64,000 nucleotides of DNA from Dehalococcoidia bacterium (GTDB taxonomy: Bacteria > Chloroflexota > Dehalococcoidia > UBA2979): assembly GCA_965262725.1 (NCBI GenBank), contig OZ253555.1:2976001-3040000 (forward strand). Direction: 5' to 3'. How positions within the stretch are numbered: position 1 is the stretch's first letter; each line of letters opens with the position of its first letter. Shown piece by piece: positions 39,787 through 52,466 of the stretch. The notes beneath the pieces were generated by a model, which saw nothing but the letters and a program-made list of their open reading frames with translations, was not told the origin of the DNA and made no database searches. The translations under genes were made by a program, and so were the position numbers.

Positions 39787-41496
39787 TCAGGGCGAAACGT
39801 AGCGCGACGCCAGGGGGAACCGCCGGTCGCGGCCGAAGGCGCGCGGCGTGATCTTCACCCCGGGGGGCGCCTGGCGGCGCTTGTACTCGTTGCGGTCCAC
39901 GAGCTCGACGACCTGGCGCGCGGTCGCCTGGTCGTGGCCGGCCGCCACGATCTCGGCGACCGAGAGGTGGCGCTCCACATAGGCCTCGAGGATCGGGTCG
40001 AGCTCCTCGTACGGCGGCAGCGAGTCGGAATCGAGTTGGCCGGGCCGGAGCTCGGCGGAGGGCGGCTTCTCGATGGAGCTCCTCGGGATCACCGGCCTCC
40101 CCGATGCGTTGCGGTGGCGGGCGAGCTCGTAAACGAGCGTCTTCGGGACGTCCTTGATCACGGCGAAGCCGCCGGCCATGTCTCCGTAGAGCGTCGCGTA
40201 ACCGCAGGCGTACTCCGACTTGTTGCCGGTGGTCAGGACCAGGGCGTCGCTCGAGTTGGAGAGCGCCATGACCAGCATTCCCCGGATCCGCGCCTGCACG
40301 TTCTCTTCGGCGCTGCCCGTCCCGCCGCCGGCGAGTTCGTCGCGGAGAACCTCGAGCGCCCCCGCGTGCACCGACTCGATGGGGAGGGTGGCGAGCTCGA
40401 TGCCCAGGTTCGCGGCGAGCGCGCGCGCATCGGCGACCGAGCCCTCCGAGGAGTAGCGCGAGGGGAGCGCGACGCCGCGCACGTGCCGGGGCCCCAGCGC
40501 GTCCACGGCGACGGCCGCGACGAGGGCGGAGTCGATGCCGCCGGAGAGCGAGACGATCACCTCGCCGAAGCCGCACTTGCGCACGTAGTCGCGCGTGCCG
40601 ACCACCAGCGCGCGGTAGGTCTCCTCGAGTGGGCCGGGAGGCGCGGCTGCGGACCGCGGCGGGAGCGGAGGGAGCGGCGATGCCGGGCGGTCGCTCACCG
40701 TGAGCGCCCCCGCGGCGGGCGGGCGCTCCGGGAGCGGCACATCCACGAGCAGGAGATCCGTCTCAAGGAAGGCGCCGCGCGCGATGAGGCGGCCGGCCTC
40801 GTCGACCACGAGCGAGTTGCCGTCGAACACCAGCTCGTCCTGCCCCCCCACCTGGTTCACGTAGGCGACCGGCGAGCCGTGCCCGCGCGCGCGGTCGGCA
40901 GCGACTGAGAGCCGCTCCTCCGTCTTGCCGGCCCAGAACGGCGAGGCGTTGATGTTCACGATCAGCTGCGCGCCGGCGGCGCAGAGTGCTCCCACCGGTC
41001 CGTCCTCGTACCAGATGTCCTCGCAGACAGTGAGCCCAACCTGGGCTCCGCCGACGAGGAAGAGCGGCATCTCCTCGCCCGGGACGAAGTAGCGCGCCTC
41101 GTCGAAGACGCCGTAGTTGGGGAGCCGCTGCTTGCGGTAGCGCCCGACCACGCGGCCCCCGTGGAGGAGCGCTGCGGTGTTGTAGAGCGCGCCGACCGCC
41201 GAGCCGAACCGCGGCGAGTCCCCGGGATCGGGCGCGCCGACCACGAGCGGCGGGAGGCCCCTCGCGTCAGCGGCGAGCCGCGTGAGCGCACGCTCGGCGT
41301 CCGCGATGAACGCCGGGCGGAGCAGCAGATCCTCGGGCGGGTAGCCGGTGAGCGCGAGCTCGGGCGCGGCGACGAGCTGGGATCCCGCCGCCGCCGCTTC
41401 GCGAGCGGCGTCGAGCACGAGGCGAGCGTTGCCCTCGAAGTCGCCCACCGTGGTGTTGAGCTGTGCGAGCGCGAGCCGGAGAGTCGGCGCCGGCAT
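39787..41496 (-). CDS. nadE: Glutamine-dependent NAD+ synthetase
   Basis: Nitrilase domain (PEL..TGYPPEDL, K..LPNYGVFDE, CEDIW) and synthetase domain (SGGIDS, TGNKSE, YATLYGD, PPSAEL). Confidence 0.95.
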   Translation of the reverse strand: MPAPTLRLALAQLNTTVGDFEGNARLVLDAAREAAAAGSQLVAAPELALTGYPPEDLLLRPAFIADAERALTRLAADARGLPPLVVGAPDPGDSPRFGSAVGALYNTAALLHGGRVVGRYRKQRLPNYGVFDEARYFVPGEEMPLFLVGGAQVGLTVCEDIWYEDGPVGALCAAGAQLIVNINASPFWAGKTEERLSVAADRARGHGSPVAYVNQVGGQDELVFDGNSLVVDEAGRLIARGAFLETDLLLVDVPLPERPPAAGALTVSDRPASPLPPLPPRSAAAPPGPLEETYRALVVGTRDYVRKCGFGEVIVSLSGGIDSALVAAVAVDALGPRHVRGVALPSRYSSEGSVADARALAANLGIELATLPIESVHAGALEVLRDELAGGGTGSAEENVQARIRGMLVMALSNSSDALVLTTGNKSEYACGYATLYGDMAGGFAVIKDVPKTLVYELARHRNASGRPVIPRSSIEKPPSAELRPGQLDSDSLPPYEELDPILEAYVERHLSVAEIVAAGHDQATARQVVELVDRNEYKRRQAPPGVKITPRAFGRDRRFPLASRYVSP

Positions 41497-41663
41497 CGGT
41501 CGCTCCCTCCATCCCGCCGGCCGGACCCGGCGCGATCAGGCTAGCAGTCGCGCCCCGCGGGCGCCGCCCGGGGACAGGCCACGCTCGCCCCCGGCTCGCG
41601 CCCGGTGCACACTCGGGTCCCCCGGCCCCCGGATCACCGGGGCCGCGGCTCCGAGGAGCGCCG

Positions 41664-42617
41664 GTGCAGCTACATCTCGCCCCGCGCGCGCTCGAGCTCC
41701 TGCACCCCGCGCACGTCAACCATGCCGGCGACCTGTGGGGGGCCTGGAACGTGGACCCGCAGCTGCTGGTCCCGCTCGCGCTGGGGGCAGTGTGGTACGC
41801 GCGCGGCCTCTCGCGCTGGCCCGAGCGCAGCCGCGAGCACCCACGCTGGCGCACCGCGCTCTTCTACTCCGGGCTCCTCGTGCTGCTGCTCGCTATCGAA
41901 TCGCCGCTCGACGCGGCGGCGGAGCACCACCTGACCTTCCACATGGTCCAGCACGAGCTGCTCATCCTGATCGCACCGGCGCTGATCCTGCTCGGTGCAC
42001 CGACCACGCCGCTCCTTCGCGGCCTCCCGCGCGAACTCCGGCTCGGCGTTGTGGGGCGCCTCGCGAGGCGCCACGCGGTGCGGAGGGGATGGCGCGTGGC
42101 CACGCACCCCGTCCTCGCCGGAGGGCTCTTCACCAGCGTCCTCTGGCTCTGGCACCTCGCCCCCGGCTGGTACGAGGCGGCACTCACCAACGAGTGGATC
42201 CACGAGCTGCAGCACGCCTCCTTCGCCGCCGTCGGGCTTCTCGTCTGGTGGAACCTGATCGACCCCGCGCCACTGCGGGCACGGCTCGGTTACCTCCCCC
42301 GCATCCTCTTCCTGCTCGCGATCGGCGTGCCGAAGCACATCCTCGGTGCCCTCCTCACGTTCGCGTCGGACCCCTTCTACGAGCACTACGAGGGGCGCCA
42401 GCTCCTAGACATCTCGCTTGCGACCGACCAGCAAATCGCGGGACTCATCATGTGGGCGCCGAGCCAGCTGCTGATGCTCGGCGTCGCGGGGGTGATCTTC
42501 GCCGTCTGGTACGAGAAGAGCGGCCAGAGTCAGCCGGACGAGCCGACCGCGGGCGCGGCGGCAGTGGCGGGCGGCTCGGGAGCGGAGCCGCTCGGCTCGC
42601 GAGAGGCAGGCGCGTAG
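41664..42617 (+). CDS. ctaG: Cytochrome c oxidase assembly factor, caa3-type CtaG
   Basis: SPLD, HMVQHELL, WLWH.P, DQQIAGLIMW. Confidence 0.85.
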   Translation: MQLHLAPRALELLHPAHVNHAGDLWGAWNVDPQLLVPLALGAVWYARGLSRWPERSREHPRWRTALFYSGLLVLLLAIESPLDAAAEHHLTFHMVQHELLILIAPALILLGAPTTPLLRGLPRELRLGVVGRLARRHAVRRGWRVATHPVLAGGLFTSVLWLWHLAPGWYEAALTNEWIHELQHASFAAVGLLVWWNLIDPAPLRARLGYLPRILFLLAIGVPKHILGALLTFASDPFYEHYEGRQLLDISLATDQQIAGLIMWAPSQLLMLGVAGVIFAVWYEKSGQSQPDEPTAGAAAVAGGSGAEPLGSREAGA

Positions 42618-42669
42618 GCCCGCTGCCGGTCCGGGGCGAAGGCTGCTGTCGAGGCGTGCCGCGCGAGAG

Positions 42670-42999
42670 CTAGCGGTTGATGATGGCCGGGTCACCCCAG
42701 AACAGCGCGAGCAGCGCGACCATGATCGCGCTGGCGAGCACGAAGCCGAAGACGAAGAGCCGCGTGAGCAGCGCCTGCTCGAAGCGCAGGTGCATGAAGT
42801 AGGCGACGACGATCGCGAACTTGATGGCGGAGAGCACCAGCAGGATCGGGATCAGGAGCACGCCCAGGCCCGGCGTGTAGGAGGCGAAGAGCTCCACGAC
42901 CGTGATCACGGTCAGGAGCAGGCCGATGAGCACGTACTGCCGCACGGTGGGGTGCGGGCGATCGTGCGGCCCGGCCGAGTGTCCGCTCTCGGCGCTCAT
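42670..42999 (-). CDS. ctaF: Cytochrome c oxidase subunit IV
   Basis: KFAIVVAYFMHLRFE; operon position. Confidence 0.85.
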   Translation of the reverse strand: MSAESGHSAGPHDRPHPTVRQYVLIGLLLTVITVVELFASYTPGLGVLLIPILLVLSAIKFAIVVAYFMHLRFEQALLTRLFVFGFVLASAIMVALLALFWGDPAIINR

Positions 43000-43027
43000 C
43001 TTGTCCTCCCGCCGTCCGTCCCGGCGC

Positions 43028-43705
<678 letters not shown>

Positions 43706-43724
43706 CTCGCTCTCCCCCGCTCCC

Positions 43725-45557
43725 CTAGTGCCCGCTCGCGGCGGGCTCGGGGCCGGTCGGCTCCAGAGCCCAACCCCAGACGCCGTAGATGACCACCACG
43801 ACGCCGAGTGCGAGCACCGCGAGGTGCGAGAGCGCGCCGATGCCCATCAGCGCGAAGCCCACACCGATGAGCAGCGGGTAGTAGGACGGCGGCGGGAGGT
43901 GGATGTGCTCATGCGGGTCCGGCTCGGGCGGCGCGATGCCGTGATCGCGGTCGTACCACACAGGGTCGCGGCCGCGCACCACGGGGACGACGTCGAAGTC
44001 GTGCTCCGGCGGCGGCGAGCTCGTCGCCCACTCGAGCGTCGCCCCGTCCCAGGGGTTGTCGGGCGCGGTGGGTTCCTCCCGCATCGAGCGGAAGAAGTTC
44101 CAGATGAAGACCGCCATGCCGGCCGCGATCGTGAAGGCACCCAGCGTGGCGACGAAGTTCCACGTCTCCCAGCCGAGGCCAGCGTCGTAGGTGTAGATGC
44201 GGCGCGGCATCCCCGAGACACCGAGGAAGTGCATCGGGAAGAAGGTGGCGTTGAGGCCGATGAAGAACAGCCAGAAGTGGAGCTTGCCGAGCCCCTCCGC
44301 GAGGAAGCGGCCGGTGAACTTCGGGAACCAGTAGTAGACGCCGGCGAAGATGCCCATGATCGCGCCGCCGAAGAGAACGTAGTGCAGGTGGGCGACGATG
44401 AAGTACGTGTCCTGCTGCTGCGTGTCGATGGGCGGCGAGGCGTGCATCACACCCGAGATGCCGCCGACGGTGAAGGTCGCGATGAAGCCGACCGCGAAGT
44501 ACATCGCGGTGGTGAAGCGGATGTTCCCCCCGTAGAGCGTCGCCAGCCAGTTGAAGATCTTGACGCCCGTCGGCACCGCGATCGTCATCGTGGTCGCAGA
44601 GAAGACGACGCGCGGCACGGCGCCGAGCCCCGAGGTGAACATGTGGTGGCTCCAGACGGCGAAACCCAGCACCGCGATCGAGACTCCGGCGAAGACCACT
44701 GCGCCGTAGCCGAAGAGCGGCTTGCGCGCGAAGGTCGGCAGCACCTCCGAGACGATCCCCATCGCCGGGAGGATCAGCACGTAGACCTCGGGATGCCCGA
44801 AAATCCAGAAGATGTGCTGCCAGAGCACCGGGTCGCCGCCGCCCTCCGGGATGAAGAAGTTGGTCGTGAAGTTGCGGTCGAAGTAGAGCTGGACGAGGCC
44901 GACCGTGAGCACCGGGAGCGAGAGCACCAGCAGCCAGGCGACGATCATCGTCATCCAGACGAAGACGGGGAGGCGGAACATCGTCATCCCCGGCGCGCGC
45001 AGGTTGATGATGGTGACGATGAAGTTGAGCGAGGCGATCAAGGACGAGGTGCCGAGGATGATCAAGGACACCGTGTAGAAGTCCATCGAGCGGCCGGTCG
45101 AGTAGGTGTTCTCGGTGAGCGGCGCGTAGGCGAACCAGCCCGTGTCCGGCGCGCCCCCGAGCAACCAGCTCGCGTTCAGCATCAGCGCCCCCGAGAGGAA
45201 GATCCAGTAGGAGAGCGCGTTGAGCCGGGGGAAGGCAACGTCGCGCGCGCCGATCATCAGCGGCACCAGCCAGTTGAAGAACGCCGCGCCCAGCGGCATC
45301 ACGCCCAGGAAGATCATCGTGAGCGCGTGCATGCTGAAGAGCGCGTTAAACAGGTCGGCGTCCACCACCTCGCCGTTGGGGACCGTGAGCTGGCTGCGGA
45401 TCAGGAGCGCCTCGGTACCGGCGACGACGAAGAACACCATTCCGGAGACGCCGTAGAGCGTCCCGATCCGCTTATGGTCGACCGTCGTGAGCCAGGACCA
45501 GATGCCGGAGGGCGCCTGGACGGCAGGCGGGGCGAGCGTGCCAGCGGCGGTCGCCAT
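43725..45557 (-). CDS. ctaD: Cytochrome c oxidase subunit I (A1 type)
   Basis: TVDHKRIG, GHPEVY, WSHHMF, VAHLHYV, GMPRR. Confidence 0.95.
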   Translation of the reverse strand: MATAAGTLAPPAVQAPSGIWSWLTTVDHKRIGTLYGVSGMVFFVVAGTEALLIRSQLTVPNGEVVDADLFNALFSMHALTMIFLGVMPLGAAFFNWLVPLMIGARDVAFPRLNALSYWIFLSGALMLNASWLLGGAPDTGWFAYAPLTENTYSTGRSMDFYTVSLIILGTSSLIASLNFIVTIINLRAPGMTMFRLPVFVWMTMIVAWLLVLSLPVLTVGLVQLYFDRNFTTNFFIPEGGGDPVLWQHIFWIFGHPEVYVLILPAMGIVSEVLPTFARKPLFGYGAVVFAGVSIAVLGFAVWSHHMFTSGLGAVPRVVFSATTMTIAVPTGVKIFNWLATLYGGNIRFTTAMYFAVGFIATFTVGGISGVMHASPPIDTQQQDTYFIVAHLHYVLFGGAIMGIFAGVYYWFPKFTGRFLAEGLGKLHFWLFFIGLNATFFPMHFLGVSGMPRRIYTYDAGLGWETWNFVATLGAFTIAAGMAVFIWNFFRSMREEPTAPDNPWDGATLEWATSSPPPEHDFDVVPVVRGRDPVWYDRDHGIAPPEPDPHEHIHLPPPSYYPLLIGVGFALMGIGALSHLAVLALGVVVVIYGVWGWALEPTGPEPAASGH

Positions 45558-45620
45558 ACTCCGTGCCTCCCTCAGCGGCCGAGCGCGCTCGGCGCCGGCT
45601 CCCGCGCGTCAGACGCGCCG

Positions 45621-46721
45621 CTACTTGAGCTCCCGCAGGTACGCGGTGATCGCCGTGATCTGCTCGTTGGTCAGGTGCTCGCCCCACGCCGGCATGCCGT
45701 TCTGGCGCACCGTGACGCCGGGCTTGATGTCGTCCGGGTTCGAGATCCAGCGTTGGAGCTCGCGCTCCACGCGATCGGGATCCTCGGAGCTCGCAAAGCC
45801 GTCGCGGATCCCGGCGAAGAGCGTCGAGCGGGAGGCGACGTGCGTCAGGTCGGGGCCGATCAGCCCGACGGCCGGCGTCCCCTTCACGGTGTGACAGCCG
45901 ACGCACGGCGTCACGCCCAGAGCGAGGATCGGGTTCTGGAAGAGCGCCGCCCCCTCCTGGGCGAGTTCCGAGAGCGCCTCCGCGGCGACGGGCGGGGCGA
46001 GCTGCGCCTCGACCCACGCGTCGAAGTCGGCCTGCTCGTCGACGAAGACGCGGAAGCGCATGTTCGCGTGCGAGGTGCCGCAGAACTCGACGCACTGGCC
46101 GAGGTAGGCCTGATCGCGCACCTCGTTCGGCGTGAAGAGGACTGCGTGTTCGCGGCCCGGCACCATGTCGACCTTGCCGACGAGCTTCGGGATCCAGAAG
46201 GAGTGGATCACGTCTTCCGAGCGGAGCGCGACGTAGACGGGCCTGTCCACGGGGACACGCATCTCGTTCGCCGTCACGATGCCGAGGTCTGTGTAGCGGA
46301 ACTCGAACCACCACTGGTGGCCTATCGCCTCCACGCGGATCGCACCCTCGGGCAGGTTGTCCGCGTCGGGTTCGAGGTCCGCGATCGCCGTCACCGTCGG
46401 CACGAAGATCGCCACGAGTATGACAACCGGGAGCAGGGTCCACACGATCTCGAGCCGCGTGTTGCCGTGGATCTGCTTGGCGACGCGGCCCGGCCGCTCG
46501 CGGAACCAGATGGAGAGGACGAGCGTCGCCCCCAGCACTCCCACGAAGACCACCGTCGCGAGCCAGAAGACGACGACGTAGACGTTCTGCACCGTCTGCG
46601 TGGCGTCGGACTTCGGATCAATGGTGGACTGCGGGTCGCTGCAGGCGGTGAGCGCGAGTCCGGTAAGGAGCATCGCGGCGGCCACAGAAAGGCGCCGCGC
46701 GTGCACGCGATCGAGGCGCAC
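45621..46721 (-). CDS. ctaC: Cytochrome c oxidase subunit II with fused cytochrome c (caa3 type), lipoprotein
   Basis: Lipobox LTAC; CuA ligands HSFW...CVEFCGTSHANM; CVGCH. Confidence 0.92.
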   Translation of the reverse strand: MRLDRVHARRLSVAAAMLLTGLALTACSDPQSTIDPKSDATQTVQNVYVVVFWLATVVFVGVLGATLVLSIWFRERPGRVAKQIHGNTRLEIVWTLLPVVILVAIFVPTVTAIADLEPDADNLPEGAIRVEAIGHQWWFEFRYTDLGIVTANEMRVPVDRPVYVALRSEDVIHSFWIPKLVGKVDMVPGREHAVLFTPNEVRDQAYLGQCVEFCGTSHANMRFRVFVDEQADFDAWVEAQLAPPVAAEALSELAQEGAALFQNPILALGVTPCVGCHTVKGTPAVGLIGPDLTHVASRSTLFAGIRDGFASSEDPDRVERELQRWISNPDDIKPGVTVRQNGMPAWGEHLTNEQITAITAYLRELK

Positions 46722-46879
46722 CGCCACCTCCCGTCGGGCTCGCCGGCGCCCTGCCCTCGAATCGCCGCACGGCCGCGCGTACAGTCGCACCAGCCCGCGC
46801 ATCGGTCAACTGCCGCGAGCGCCGCCCCGGCGGCCGGGCGCGTTGATCGGCGCTCGGTGGGGTCGTAGCCTCTCCCCCG

Positions 46880-47446
46880 ATGTCCCACTCTCCGGCGAAG
46901 CTGATTCGGCGGGCGGGACCACCCCGCCTTGCGCTGGGCGCAGTCGGCGTGGTGCTCGCGCTCCTGCTCGCGGCGCTCGGCGTCGCAATCGACCGCGGCG
47001 TCGGCGACTCGCCCCTCGGGGAGAGCCCCGCCGCCTTCCGGCTCGCCCCCGACTTCACCGCCGAGACCCTGGACGGCGAGAGCTTCAGCCTCGGCCGCCA
47101 CTCAGGTGGCCCGCTCTTCCTCTACTTCTGGGCCTCGTGGTGCGCCCCCTGCGAACGCGAGGCGCCCCTCATCGAGCGGCTCTGGCAGGAGTACGAGGCG
47201 AGGGGGTACACCTTCGTCGGCGTGAACGTGATGGACAATCACACGGACGCCGTTGCCTTCGCCCGCCGGCACGGGCTGACTTTCCCGATCGTGCGCGGGG
47301 CCGACGTCTACCTCGACTACGGTGTGATCGCCCTGCCGGAGGCCTTCTTCCTGCTGCCGGGACTCCGCGTCTCCGGGAAGTACTTCGGAGAGCTGCGGGA
47401 GGCCGACTTCCGTGCGATGCTGGAGCGTCTGGCGGAGGGGACCTGA
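46880..47446 (+). CDS. ccmG: Membrane-anchored TlpA/ResA/CcmG thioredoxin
   Basis: FWASWCAPC; N-terminal anchor. Confidence 0.8.
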   Translation: MSHSPAKLIRRAGPPRLALGAVGVVLALLLAALGVAIDRGVGDSPLGESPAAFRLAPDFTAETLDGESFSLGRHSGGPLFLYFWASWCAPCEREAPLIERLWQEYEARGYTFVGVNVMDNHTDAVAFARRHGLTFPIVRGADVYLDYGVIALPEAFFLLPGLRVSGKYFGELREADFRAMLERLAEGT

Positions 47447-47448
47447 GC

Positions 47449-47918
47449 ATGCGTCGGCCGACCGCCTCCCTCCTCCCCCGTCGCCTCTCCCGCCGGGGAC
47501 GCCTCGTCGCTCTCTTCCTCGTCGCCTCGCTCGCGATCGGGACGCTGGCCGCCGTCGCGGCCTCCTCCTCCCTCTCCTACTACGTCACGCCCGAGGAGTT
47601 CGCGCAGGAGATCGACCCGGAGGGCGGGCGCTGGCGTGTGGGCGGGCGCGTCGTGCCCGGCACGATCGCCGAGAGCCCCGGCCATCCCATCGCCTTCGAG
47701 ATCGAGGGCGAAGAGGGTGAGCGGATGGCGATCACCTACGACGGCGTCGTCCCGGGACTCTTCGGCCCCCGCACCTTCGTCGTCGTCGAGGGCGTGGCCG
47801 ACGGCCCGGCGCACCTCATGGCCTTCTCGGTCGTGATCAAGCATGAGAACGAGTTCGTGACCGACGCCGCCGACACCGACGTCTTCGTGCCGGAGCGCAC
47901 CTCCTCCGCCGGATCCCC

Positions 47919-47922
<4 letters not shown>
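47449..47922 (+). CDS. ccmE: Heme chaperone CcmE
   Basis: YYVTPEE, RVGGRV, Y.GVVPGLF, VVVEG, KHENEF. Confidence 0.85.
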
Positions 47923-49922
<2,000 letters not shown>

Positions 49923-49929
49923 GGCCCCG

Positions 49930-50391
49930 GTGGAGGCGAGGCGTGGACGGGCGGGGACCGCGCACGTCGCGGGGGGAGCGGCGCTCGTGGCGGCCGCACT
50001 CCTCCTCGCCGCGACGGCCCTGTCGGGCGGGGCGCACCCCGCGGCCGCCCAGCAGGTCGACCCCGAGCAGCAGCTCGCCATCGAGCGGCAGCTGCTCTGC
50101 CCCCAGTGCGTGAACGAGCGGCTCGATCAGTGTGATCGGGCGATCTGCGAGGACATGCGCGCGACCATCCGGGAGCAGCTCGCGGCCGGCACGCCCCCCG
50201 ATCAGATCGTCTTCTTCTTCCGCGCGCGCTACGGGGATCGCGTTCTCGCGCAGATCCCGCGGGAGGGGTTCAACCTGCTGCTCTTCGGGTGGGTCGGCGG
50301 CTCGCTTCTCCTCGTCTCGCTCGGAGGCGGCTTCGCGCTGTGGAGGATGCGCCGCTCCGCCGGCGCGGCGACCGACGGCGAGGAGCCCTAG
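49930..50391 (+). CDS. ccmH: CcmH/CcmL
   Basis: LLCPQC, MRATI, RYGDRVL; C-terminal TM segment. Confidence 0.85.
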   Translation: MEARRGRAGTAHVAGGAALVAAALLLAATALSGGAHPAAAQQVDPEQQLAIERQLLCPQCVNERLDQCDRAICEDMRATIREQLAAGTPPDQIVFFFRARYGDRVLAQIPREGFNLLLFGWVGGSLLLVSLGGGFALWRMRRSAGAATDGEEP

Positions 50392-50392
50392 C

Positions 50393-50671
50393 GTGGAGTG
50401 GCTCCTGCTCGCCGTCGTCGTGCTGGCAACGGCCGCCTTCGTCGCGCCGGCGTTCCGCGAGTCCGGCCGGGAGGGGCCCGGGCCGGCCGAGGCCGCGCGT
50501 CAGGCGCGCGAGGAGCGGCGGCGGATCCTGGGCGAGTTCCGCGCGATCGATGCCGCGCGGGCGGCCGGACGCCTGAGCGCCGAGGAGCGGCTCGCGAGGC
50601 GGCGGGCGCTGTCTCCACGCCTGCTCGCCGCCGCCAGAGAGCCGGGGACCCGCCCGGAGCGGGAGGCGTGA
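50393..50671 (+). CDS. Small membrane-anchored CcmI N-terminal-like protein
   Basis: N-terminal TM segment, ..AGRLSAEE..; operon position. Confidence 0.5.
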   Translation: MEWLLLAVVVLATAAFVAPAFRESGREGPGPAEAARQAREERRRILGEFRAIDAARAAGRLSAEERLARRRALSPRLLAAAREPGTRPEREA

Positions 50672-51735
50672 GGTGCTTCCTCGGGGACGGGGCGCGGCGG
50701 CTCGTCGTCGCGGCCGCGCTCGCGGCGGGGGCGCTCGCCGCGGGCGCGATGGCGACTCCGGCCACCGAGGCGCAGGCGCCGCCCGGCTCCGGCGGTGGCG
50801 AGCGTGGCCGCGTCGTCGTGCTCGTCGTCCCCGGCACGGCCGGGGCGAGCCTCGCGGGGGAGGTCGAGATCGAGCTCATCACGCTCGGCGAGGCCGCGGG
50901 CATCGGCGTGGCGCGCGCGTCGGCTGCGGGGGGGCGTGCCGAGTTCACCGTCCCCACCGACCCGATGCTGACACACGTGCCGCTCGTGAGTTACCGGGGC
51001 GTGCAGTACTTCGGCGACGCCGTGGTTCTCTCCCCCGAGCTCCCCGCCGCCGAGGTCTCGGTGCGCGTCTACGAGCCGACGGCGGAGCCTCCGCCGCTTG
51101 CTGTGCGGGCGACCACGGTCACCGTGCTCGCGCTCGACCGCGCGTCGGCGGAGCTGACGCTGGCCAGGGAGGATCTCGTCGAGAACCCCTCCGACCGAGT
51201 CTACGTCGGGTCCGGCACGTCGGGCGTGACGCTCCGCATCCCGCTACCGGAAGAGACGCGCGACGCCGCGGGGCTCAGCGAGGAGGGGAGCTTCGAGCTC
51301 GGCTCCGGCACGCTCGACGTGGCGCTTCCGCTCCGGCCCGGCGTGACCTCCGTCGTCACCACCTACAGGGTCGGCTACGATCCCGCGCGGGACGCCTACC
51401 GGCTGCGCGTGACGGCACCCCTCCCGACCGGGCGCGTCGAGGTCCTCGTCCCCGAGCGCTTCGTCGAGGAGCTCAGGGCGCTCGACGGCGCCGAACTGGC
51501 TCCCAGCACCGAGGTCGAGGGCGAGCCGGCGCTGGTGGCGAGACGCGCGGGCCCGGCGCGCGAGGGGGAGGGGACGCTCGTGGAGCTGCGCGGTCTCTCC
51601 GGAAGCACCGCCTCCAATCCGCTGACCGAGGGGCGGGGCCCGCTCGCCGCGACCGCGCTCGCGCTCGTGCTGCTCCCGGCCGCGGCGTGGGCGCTCGCCC
51701 GGAGCGCGCGCGCGCGGGGGGCGCAGACGCCGTGA
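50668..51735 (+). CDS. Exported, C-terminally anchored hypothetical protein in ccm operon
   Basis: Signal peptide, beta-rich body, C-terminal TM segment; GTGA overlaps at both ends. Confidence 0.65.
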   Translation: MRCFLGDGARRLVVAAALAAGALAAGAMATPATEAQAPPGSGGGERGRVVVLVVPGTAGASLAGEVEIELITLGEAAGIGVARASAAGGRAEFTVPTDPMLTHVPLVSYRGVQYFGDAVVLSPELPAAEVSVRVYEPTAEPPPLAVRATTVTVLALDRASAELTLAREDLVENPSDRVYVGSGTSGVTLRIPLPEETRDAAGLSEEGSFELGSGTLDVALPLRPGVTSVVTTYRVGYDPARDAYRLRVTAPLPTGRVEVLVPERFVEELRALDGAELAPSTEVEGEPALVARRAGPAREGEGTLVELRGLSGSTASNPLTEGRGPLAATALALVLLPAAAWALARSARARGAQTP

Positions 51736-52466
51736 GCGGCGAGCGCTCGGGCCACCCCGGGCCGTGCGGGATGGAGATCGAGGCGCGCGGCCTCACCAAG
51801 AGCTACCGCGGGGTGGTTGCCGTCGACGACGTGAGCTTTTCCCTGGCCCCCGGCTCACGGACGGCGCTGCTCGGGGCGAATGGCGCGGGCAAGAGCACGC
51901 TCCTCGCGCTGCTCGCGACGCTGATCTCCCCCACGAAGGGGTCGGCCTTCATCGGGGGCGCGGAGGTGGCGGAGGCCGGGGGCGACCTTCGCCGCCAGAT
52001 CGGCTTCATGGGACATCTCCCGATGCTCTACGAGGAGCTCACCCCCTCAGAGAACCTTCGCTTCTTCGCGCGCCTCTACGACGTCGACGCCGGGGCGGAG
52101 CGCGCCGGGGAGCTGCTCCGCGCGGTCGGGCTCTGGGCGCGGCGCGACGAGCCCACCTCGGTGCTCTCGCGCGGGATGCACCAGCGCCTCGCGCTCGCGC
52201 GCGCCGTGCTCCACCGCCCGCGCGTGCTCCTCCTCGACGAGCCCGAGACCGGCCTCGACCCAGACGGGCTCGAGATCCTCGAGCGGCTCGCGCTGGGCGA
52301 CGAGGGCCCGACCGTGCTCGCCGCCACACACCGGCCGGAGCGCGTCGGGCGCTGGGCGACCGGGCGGCTCGTCCTCGACCGCGGCCGCGTCGTGGAGGAG
52401 GAGGCGGCGGCGCGCGGAACGCCCGATGCAGTGGGCGCCGGGGCAGCGGAGGGGGACGCGACGTGA
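51732..52466 (+). CDS. ccmA: Heme exporter ATPase CcmA
   Basis: GANGAGKST, LSRGMHQR, LLLDEP. Confidence 0.9.
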   Translation: MSGERSGHPGPCGMEIEARGLTKSYRGVVAVDDVSFSLAPGSRTALLGANGAGKSTLLALLATLISPTKGSAFIGGAEVAEAGGDLRRQIGFMGHLPMLYEELTPSENLRFFARLYDVDAGAERAGELLRAVGLWARRDEPTSVLSRGMHQRLALARAVLHRPRVLLLDEPETGLDPDGLEILERLALGDEGPTVLAATHRPERVGRWATGRLVLDRGRVVEEEAAARGTPDAVGAGAAEGDAT

